Part shown: in pieces, positions 54,338 through 64,000 of the stretch
Layout of the letters: the number at the start of each line of letters is the position of its first letter
Numbering within the stretch: the stretch's first letter is position 1
Source of the DNA: Eledone cirrhosa
Lineage: Eukaryota
DNA: 64,000 nt
Direction: 5' to 3'
Assembly (NCBI GenBank): GCA_964016885.1
Contig: OZ024766.1
Location: 1,612,001-1,676,000 of the forward strand
Notes under the pieces: model-generated
What the model was told of the DNA's origin: nothing
Database searches by the model: none
Seen by the model: the letters and a program-made list of their open reading frames with translations, nothing else
Made by a program: the position numbers and the translations under genes

Positions 54338-55989
54338 CAAAACTCCGGGGGGGCCCCGACGGTTGAGCTCCTGCCGTTTCAACAATACATACATACGTAC
54401 ACACATTTATACACAGACATATACACACACACATACATACACTCATACATACACATACGCACACACTCACATATATATATACACACATACATATATAGAC
54501 ACATATACACATACATCTATATATATACACACACATATATATATATACACACATACATATATAGACATACATATATAGACACATATACACACACATAGAC
54601 ATAGAAAAACATCTATACACACAGACATATATATATATATATAGACATATACACACATACATCTATATACACATACATATATAGACATATACAAACATAC
54701 ATATATACACACACATATACAAACATATACAAACATACATATATACACACACATATACAAACACATCTATACATACAGATTTACAAACATACATATATAC
54801 ACAGACACATACAAACATACATATATACACATACATATATACACACATACAAACATACATATATACACACAGACATATACAAACACACATATATACACAT
54901 ACATATACAAACATACATATATACACATACAAACATCTACACATACAGATATACACATATACACAGACACATATACATACAGACATACATATACACACAT
55001 AGACATACATATATAAACATATACACATACATCTATACACAGACATACACACATACATCTATACATACATATACACACATAGACATATATATAAACATAT
55101 ACACATACATCTATGCACACAAACATACATATATACACACATAGACATATATATATACATATACACATACATCTATACACACAGACATCTACATATATAA
55201 ACACATACACACATACGTAGACACGTACATATATACATACATATACACACAGACATATATATACATCTATACATACATATACATCTATATATACATCTAT
55301 AGATACACGTACATCTATACATACATCTATACATACACGTACATCTATACATACATCTACATCTATACACACATACATAGACACGTACATCTATACATAC
55401 ATATACATCTATACATACACGTACATCTATACATACATATACATCTATACATACATATACATCTATACATAATATACATCTATACATACACGTACATCTA
55501 TACATACATATACATCTATACATACATATACATCTATACATACATATACATCTATACATACACGTACATCTATACATACATATACATCTATACATACATA
55601 TACATCTATACATACATATACATCTATACATACATATACATCTATACATACATCTACATCTATACACACATACATAGACACGTACATCTATACATACATC
55701 TACATCTATACACACATACATAGACACGTACATCTATACATACATATACATCTATACATACACGTACATCTATACATACATATACATCTATACATACATA
55801 TACATCTATACATACATATACATCTATACATACACGTACATCTATACATCTATACATACATATACATCTATACATACATATACATCTATACATACATATA
55901 CATCTATACATACATATACACACAAGCAACAGTTGCTACCATAGTGAGGCATAAAACATCGTCAGACTGCCTCAGAGACAAGAAAAGGC

Positions 55990-56590
55990 GCCCATATATA
56001 TATACCCACGTATATACACCGCCATATATATATACCCACGTATATACACCCATATATATATACCCACGTATATACACCGCCATATATATATACCCACGTA
56101 TATACACCCATATATATATACCCACGTATATACACCGCCATATATATATACCCACGTATATACACCCATATATATATACCCACGTATATACACCCATATA
56201 TATATACCCACGTATATACACCCATATATATATACCCACGTATATACACCCATATATATATACCCACGTATATACACCGCCATATATACCCACGTATATA
56301 CACACCCATATATATATATCCACGTATATACACCGCCATATATATATACCCACGTATATACACACCCATATATATATATCCACGTATATACACACCCATA
56401 TATATATATCCACGTATATACACCCATATATATATACCTACGTATATACACCGCCATATATATATACCCACGTATATACACACCCATATATATATACCCA
56501 CGTATATACACACCCATATATATATACGCACGTATATACACACTGATATACATATACCCACGTATATATATATATATATATACCCACGTG
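55990..56590. repeat. About 28-bp minisatellite (ATATATATATACCCACGTATATACACC)
   Basis: About 20 degenerate copies. Confidence 0.9.
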
Positions 56591-56874
56591 TATATATATA
56601 TATATACACACACACACGCACCCATATATGTCTATATACACACCCATATATATATATATGTATCGTATGTGTGTATATACATATATATATATATATATAC
56701 ACGCACCAATATATCTATATATATGTGTGTGTGTGTGGGTGGGTGTGTGTATATACATATGTATATACACACCTATAAATATATATACATATATCGTATG
56801 TGTGTATATACAAATATATACACACCCATATATATATTTACACACCCATATATATTCATCGTATGTGTGTGTAT

Positions 56875-56915
<41 letters not shown>

Positions 56916-57057
56916 CATCGTATGATCGTATGTGTGTGTATACACATATATATACATATATGTGTGTATAAGCACACAATCATATCTATGAATCAAATAT
57001 ATATTTATATATACGTACATAGATTTTTAAAAAACGATGTGATAATGTGTGTATATA

Positions 57058-57102
<45 letters not shown>

Positions 57103-57639
57103 ATATGTATGTGTGCGTATGTGTGTTTTAACGTATATAACGTATATGTATATACATCAACACACTCATTATCTCTATGTATATATATAGAGAGAGAGAG
57201 AGAGGGGGCGAGATCTGTGTGTATAATGATGGAGTGGATGTGATTGTGTATATATATATATATATACACACAGAAATATACAACTATACATTTATTTATA
57301 TATGTAAGTGCGTGTGTACATACATACATATATATACATGATATCAATATGTATATTGATCAATGACTATATTATATATATGTATATATATATAATGATA
57401 TATACACACACACATATATACGTATATATACATACTGAAAATTCAACACATGCAACAAATTGAAACATACATCCATAGATAGATAGACACAAAATATATA
57501 TACATATATACAACTTACCGATGAATTAATACCGTGTATACACCAATGTATATGCCTATATACATACATATATATACACGCCAGTATGTGTGTGTGTATA
57601 TATATATGTATATATATGTTTTTCCCGTAAAATACCACC

Positions 57640-57715
57640 CGCTTGATTGGGGCACCGACCGTTTTTCTATAATTACTCTTGAAATGTACAAGACTCGTGA
57701 CGTCACACCGGAAGA
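57640..57715. promoter_or_regulatory. Promoter-like island: CCAAT box, CRE and ETS
   Basis: ATTGG 57646-57650, TGACGTCA 57698-57705 and CCGGAAG 57708-57714 in a locally CpG-rich unique segment. Confidence 0.5.
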
Positions 57716-57962
57716 ATCCCTTCCTTTTGCTACACCTCTCACTTACACTCATACTCTCTCTATCTCTCTCTCTCTCGCTTTCACTTTCCATTTCTCTCTC
57801 TCTCTCTCTGTTTGTGTTTGTCTGTTCATCTATCTTTTCTTCGTTCTTTCTTTCTCTCTCTCTCTCTCTTTTTTTTCTCTCTTTCCTTTTCTCTCTCTCT
57901 CTCTCTCCTCTCTCTCTATCTCTTTATCCCCCTCTCTCTCTATCTGTCTGTCTATCTATCTC

Positions 57963-58011
<49 letters not shown>

Positions 58012-58215
58012 ATATATAAGATCAAAAGATGGTTAAAAGAGTCCCATGTATTCTTTTGATCTTATATTATTTATACTGCAGTCCTACAAACTGTAGAGTG
58101 CTTCTTATCCGATATCTGCATTGCTTTATTGTACTACAATAAAAACTCACCTCCTACATATATATATATACATATATACATATATATATATACATATATA
58201 TATTTATTAGCCCTT

Positions 58216-58254
<39 letters not shown>

Positions 58255-58259
58255 TAGAG

Positions 58260-58300
<41 letters not shown>

Positions 58301-58880
58301 AAGAGGGGAGAGAGATAACGCTTCTTATATATTTTCTTCTCTCTCTCTTTCTCTTTGTCCTTCAATCTCTCTATCTAATTATTCCCCCGTCTCCGCCTCA
58401 TCAGTACAACTTTTCTTCTCTCACTCACGCTCTCTCTTATCTTATAGTCTTTCCCACTCTCCCTCTCACCCTCTCTCTCTCTCTATATATATATATATCT
58501 TTTTCCTCCTTTTCCTCCGCCTTCCTCACTCCAGCTGTTATTTCTCTTCTCTCTCTCTCTCTCTCTCTCCCTCTCTCTCTCTCCCTCTCTCTCTCTCCCT
58601 CTCTCTTATAGTCTTTCCCACTCTCACACTCACCCTCTCTATATATATATATATTCTTTTCCTCCTCTTCCTTCGTCACTCCAGCCGCTGTTTCTCACTC
58701 TCTCTCTCTCCCTCTCTCTTATAGTCTTTCCCACTCTCACTCTCACCCACTCACCCTCTCTCTATATCCCTTTCCTCCCCTTCCCCTCTCTATTTAATGC
58801 CAGTTAAAGTCTTTTCACCATCTTAAAACATTCTTTACTTACGAAACAAACTTCTTATATTCTTCACAAATTGCCATTAC

Positions 58881-59210
58881 TCACACTCACATCTCGCACT
58901 TGAAGCATCACTCACACTCACACTCACATCTCGCACTTGAAGCATCACTTACACTCACACTCACAGCTCGCACTTGAAGCATCACTCACACTCACTCTCA
59001 CAGCTCGCACTTGAAGCATCACCCACACTCACAGCTCGCACTTGAAGCATCCCTCACACTCACACTCACATCTCGCACTTGAAGCATCCCTCACACTCAC
59101 ACTCACAGCTCGCACTTGAAGCATCCCTCACACTCACACTCACAGCTCGCACTTAAAGCATCCCTCACACTCACACTCACAGCTCACACTTGAAGCATCC
59201 CTCACACTCA
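58881..59210. repeat. About 37-bp minisatellite, about 9 copies
   Basis: Unit CTCGCACTTGAAGCATC(A/C)CTCACACTCACACTCACA(T/G). Confidence 0.92.
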
Positions 59211-59311
59211 TCAGTCACACTCAGGCCATCTGCCAGTTACAGTTTTGCTTAGCTGAGTTTGTCTGAGGAATTGGTAACATTCCGCCGTATTTTAGCTGTA
59301 GGAACTTTTTT

Positions 59312-59566
59312 TGTAAGAACCTTTGTTAAGTTATGTTCCACCCCTGGTTCTATGACAGAAAACTGTTTGTAAGAACCTTTGTTAAGTTATGTTCCACCCC
59401 TGGTTCTATGACAGAAAACTGTTTGTAAGAACCTTTGTTAAGTTATGTCCCACCCCTGGTTCTATGACAGAAAACTGTTTGTAAGAACCTTTGTTAAGTT
59501 ATGTCCCACCCCTGGTTCTATGACAGAAAACTGTTTGTAAGAACCTTTGTTAAGTTATGTCCCACC
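59312..59566 (-). repeat. 56-bp minisatellite, about 4.5 copies
   Basis: Period 56 (59313, 59369); deleted derivative of the 104/108-bp unit. Confidence 0.92.
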
Positions 59567-59794
59567 CGAAACCTTGTTAAAGAAGGTGACCACAATGCGG
59601 TCATTTCTCACGCTAGAAACAGCAGCCAAACGTCCCTCAAATCCCACCTTACTCGCTGTAAAAAAAAAAACACATATAGAAGAAAAAAAAATCATCGGAG
59701 TGGTCATAATTGGAATGAATTTAATCAAAGGTCTGCTACATTACACTTGTCCTAGGGTTAAAACAATAACAAAAACGAGTTGTCTTCCCTTGAG

Positions 59795-59880
59795 TTGCCC
59801 TCTCGCGTCGTTTAGTCTCGCGGTTGCTAAGGACAACCGACCGGTGCTTTCTTAATTTACAGATCGTAACATCCCGCCCT
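59795..59880. promoter_or_regulatory. CpG-rich island with an RFX X-box-like site and a GC box
   Basis: GTTGCTAAGGACAAC 59823-59837, CCCGCCC 59873-59879, two TCTCGCG. Confidence 0.4.
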
Positions 59881-59925
59881 CTTTCTCCTCCACCCCCTCC
59901 CCCTCATTTAGGCACTTTCTATGTG

Positions 59926-59958
<33 letters not shown>

Positions 59959-60232
59959 ATGTATATATATATATGTGTGTGTGTGTGTATGTATATATAA
60001 ATTTTTATATATTTATCTATATATAATGGGTTGTCAAGTATGAAATGTGTAGAAATTTATAGAAAAAAACAACAAATTTCTACAAATTTCATATTTGACG
60101 ATCCATTATATATATACATATATATATATATATGTGAATATATATATATATATATATATATATTTATTTATATATATTTATATATATGTGTGCGTAGAGG
60201 GAGGCAGAGACAGGAAAATTTGAAGGATAGAT

Positions 60233-60269
<37 letters not shown>

Positions 60270-60476
60270 GAAAGTAAATAGATAGACTAAGTAAATAGAG
60301 AGAAGTAATATATATATATACGTGTTGATATATATATATATATATATATACGCACACACAGATATATATACATACATATATATATAGAGAGAGAGGTGTA
60401 TCCAGTGAAGTTGTAATATTAGTGACGAGAAATACATGTTTAAACAGAGACTGTCTTAATAACTGACCATATATAT

Positions 60477-60511
<35 letters not shown>

Positions 60512-61305
60512 CATACATACATATACATACATGATACTAACACAATGGTTCCACATACAACGTGGTAGTCACTTTTGGAGCGCCCGTTTGTCGGTGTTTA
60601 CCTGGAGATAAACTACAACAATACAAGCACCACCTTTGAAATATACGACACACCTCAAGCTGCTCTCTGAACCTACTAAAAACAGTAGCTAAATATCTCC
60701 CTCAAGACATACATACATACAAATATATATATATATATACACACATAGATACAAATATATATATATACACACATAGATACAAATATATATGTATACATTG
60801 AAGCAACGTGCTTCTTTATACACACACACATATATATATATACACACACATAGATACAAATATATAAATATACACACAGATACAAATATATATAGATATA
60901 TACACACACAGATACAAATATATATAGATATATACACACATAGATACAAATATATATGTATGTATATATATGTATACATTGAAGCAACGTGCTTCTTTAT
61001 ACACACACACACACATATATATACACACATAGATACAAATATATAAATATACACACAGATACAAATATATATAGATATATACACACATAGATACAAATAT
61101 ATATGTATGTATATATATGTATACATTGAGGCAACGTGCTTCTTTATACACACACACACACATATATATATACACACATAGATACAAATATATAAATATA
61201 CACACAGATACAAATATATATAGATATATACACACATAGATACAAATATAGATATATACACACATAGATACAAATATATATATATAGATATATACACACA
61301 TAGAT

Positions 61306-61345
<40 letters not shown>

Positions 61346-61947
61346 AAATATATATAGATAAATACACACATAGATACAAATATATACGTACATATATAAA
61401 TATATATGCACATATATATACGTACATATACACATATTTATTCACACACACATACACACGCACATATATATACACACATAGATACAAATATTTATCGATA
61501 TATGTACATATATATGTGCACATACACGTATTTATTCGCGCACCCACATATATATATATATACGCACGTTCACACGTCTATCTTTATATATAAACTCGCA
61601 AACATACGCACTCACACCTGTGTGCGATCTTTATACACCACGGGCACTGGCGTAGTCTTCTACTACCAAATTCCACTGACAACGCCATAATTCCAGCACA
61701 AGGTATAACACAGCTTCTATTTAGTTGTTACCAAGAGAAACAGCTTACCACATAGCCACGTGTCGTTTGTATATATATATATATACATATATATATATAC
61801 ACACCAGATATACAAATATAAACACCTGTTTGGATATATAATACAAGTCTTGTTGGGTTGTCACGGACGGAACGTCCTGTGTTACAGGTATGGTTAATTC
61901 TTTCATTGCTGTACTTTCTAATGAAAGACACTTTCTCTTAATTATAC

Positions 61948-62326
61948 TGGTGGTTGGAACATAACTTAACAAAGGTTGTTACACCAGTTTTGTATCATAG
62001 AACCAGGGGTGGTTGGAACATAACTTAACAAAGGTTGTTACACCAGTTTTGTATCATAGAACCAGGGGTGGTTGGAACATAACTTAACAAAGGTTCTTAC
62101 AAACAGTTTTGTATCATAGAACCAGGGGTGGTTGGAACATAACTTAACAAAGGTTCTTACACCAGTTTTGTATCATAGAACCAGGGGTGGTTGGAACATA
62201 ACTTAACAAAGGTTCTTACACCAGTTTTGTATCATAGAACCAGGGGTGGTTGGAACATAACTTAACAAAGGTTCTTACAAACAGTTTTGTTACCATAGAA
62301 CCAGGGGTGGTTGGAACATAACTTAA
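61948..62326 (+). repeat. 59-bp minisatellite, about 6.4 copies
   Basis: Period 59 (61982, 62041); same parent as the 56/104/108-bp arrays. Confidence 0.93.
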
Positions 62327-62361
62327 GTACTGGTTGCTCTCTGACAGGTTGGTGGTCGTGC

Positions 62362-62711
62362 CCTTGGCCCTAGGGCTACCTCCCTACTTACTACCATAGG
62401 CACAGACCTGGCTACCTGTAGCAGTGTAGACTTCTGGTGTCCTTGGCCCTAGGGCTACCTCTCTACTTACCACCATAAGTACAGACCTGGCTACCTGTAG
62501 CAGTGGGGACTTCTGGTGTCCTTGGCCCTAGGGCTACCTCTCTACTTACCACCGTAGGCACAGACCTGGCTACCTGTAGCAGTGTAGACTTCTGGTGTCC
62601 TTGGCCCTAGGGCTACCTCTCTACTTACAACCATAGACACAGACCTGGCTACCTGTAGCAGTGGAGACTTCTGGTGTCCTTGGCCCTAGGGCTACCTCCC
62701 TACTTACCACC
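62362..62711. repeat. 79-bp minisatellite, about 4.4 copies
   Basis: Period 79 (62441, 62520). Confidence 0.93.
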
Positions 62712-62760
62712 AGAGGCGCTGAGCTGGTGTGTGTGTATGTGAGAGTGTGTGTGTGTGTGT

Positions 62761-63200
62761 GTTTCATGGAGGTTTTAAAGGATGCAGTGTCTCGACAGCT
62801 AACAACTGATGCAGGGAGTTTGGTCCATGGAGGTTTTAAAGGATGCAGTGTCTCGCCAGCTAACAACTAATGCAGGTAGTTTGTTCCATGGAGGTTTTAA
62901 AGGATGCAGTGTCTCGACAGCTAACAACTGATGCAGGTAGTTTGTTCCATGGAGGTTTTAAAGGATGCAGTGTCTCGACAGCTAACAACTGATGCAGGGA
63001 GTTTGTTCCATGGAGGTTTTAAAGGATGCAGTGTCTCGACAGCTAACAACTGATGCAGGTAGTTTGTTCCATTGAGGTTTTAAAGGATGCAGTGTCTCGA
63101 CAGCTAACAACTGATGCAGGTAGTTTGTTCCATGCTTCAGCAACTCTGAGCGTGAAATGTTTCTGAAAGTCATGGGAGCTGTGCTGTTTTCTGACTTTTG
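62761..63200 (-). mobile_element. CR1-type LINE 3' fragment amplified as a 61-bp tandem (about 6 copies)
   Basis: Minus strand KVRKQHSSHDFQKHFTLRVAEAWNKLPASVVSCRDTASFKTSM; period 61 (62881, 62942, 63003). Confidence 0.88.
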
Positions 63201-63411
63201 GCAAAAAGCCAAAAAGTTCTTTAAATGCAATAATTCAAAGAAATACGGAAGTAAAAAGCTAGGATTGTCTAAACCAATGTTTCCTCAGCTGTATTTTTAC
63301 TCACCTAACACTTTAGAACTGGTAAATTTCATCTCATACTCTATATTTAAAAATTTATTCAAGAGATATATTTATATAAACATCTACACACTTCTGTGTA
63401 TGTATGTATAT

Positions 63412-63546
63412 AATTGTTTCTACTTTAGGCACAAGGCCAGCAAATACCCAGTGCATTACTGGTACTTTATTTTATCGACCCCGTAAGGATGAAAGGCAAA
63501 GTCAACCTCGGCGGGATTTGAACTCAGATCGTAAAGGGACGTAACT
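63412..63546 (-). mobile_element. SINE family B, 5'-truncated
   Basis: Reverse complement of the core and tail. Confidence 0.9.
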
Positions 63547-63729
63547 ATATATATATTCTATATAACTGCTCTGTAGAACAACTGATGTTATTACATTGAG
63601 CTATTTATCTTACTGGTAATAAGGTAGTTTACTGTTTAGGGTTTAAAATATATATAACTATAAAAAGTTTTAGTATATACATAACCATAAATAGTATCCT
63701 TAATACTATATATCCAGTCAACATCTACA

Positions 63730-63767
<38 letters not shown>

Positions 63768-63781
63768 AGTCAACATCTACA

Positions 63782-63821
<40 letters not shown>

Positions 63822-64000
63822 CCAGTCAATTTCTGTACCTGTAATTTCCTCAAATTTATTTTTACACAAAAGAGTTTGGCTTTTGATAAAAAGCCAACAA
63901 ATTCTTCAAATGCAATAATTCAAAGAAATACGGAAGTAAAAAGCTAGGATTGCCTAAACCAATGTTTCCTCGGCTGTATTTTTACTCACCTAACACTTTA

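Overview
Eukaryotic, AT-rich, extremely repeat-dense non-coding DNA (intronic or intergenic). The SINE, LINE and MITE repertoire resembles an octopod cephalopod genome; this is inferred from repeat families and not confirmed by search. There is no intact protein-coding gene: almost all long ORFs in the track are artefacts of microsatellites, minisatellites or decayed retrotransposons. Contents: two tRNA-derived SINE families (about 16 copies or fragments), many 5'-truncated RTE- and CR1-type LINE fragments, piggyBac-like (TTAA), hAT (8-bp TSD) and Tc1/mariner-like MITEs, foldback palindromes, and about 20 minisatellite arrays, most amplified from pieces of those same transposons. Best signals: (1) at least five structurally complete type I hammerhead ribozymes with covarying stems, plus degenerate cores, in short islands between (TA)n tracts (Penelope-like/retrozyme context); (2) a duplicated minus-strand branchpoint-polypyrimidine-CAG|GTGAGT junction followed by a 65-nt cryptic exon, the architecture of a recursive splice site, downstream of a CCAAT/CRE/ETS promoter-like island near 57.7 kb; (3) pervasive TE-seeded minisatellites with microhomology junctions. 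Repeat boundaries are approximate (about +/-10 bp) unless termini are stated.
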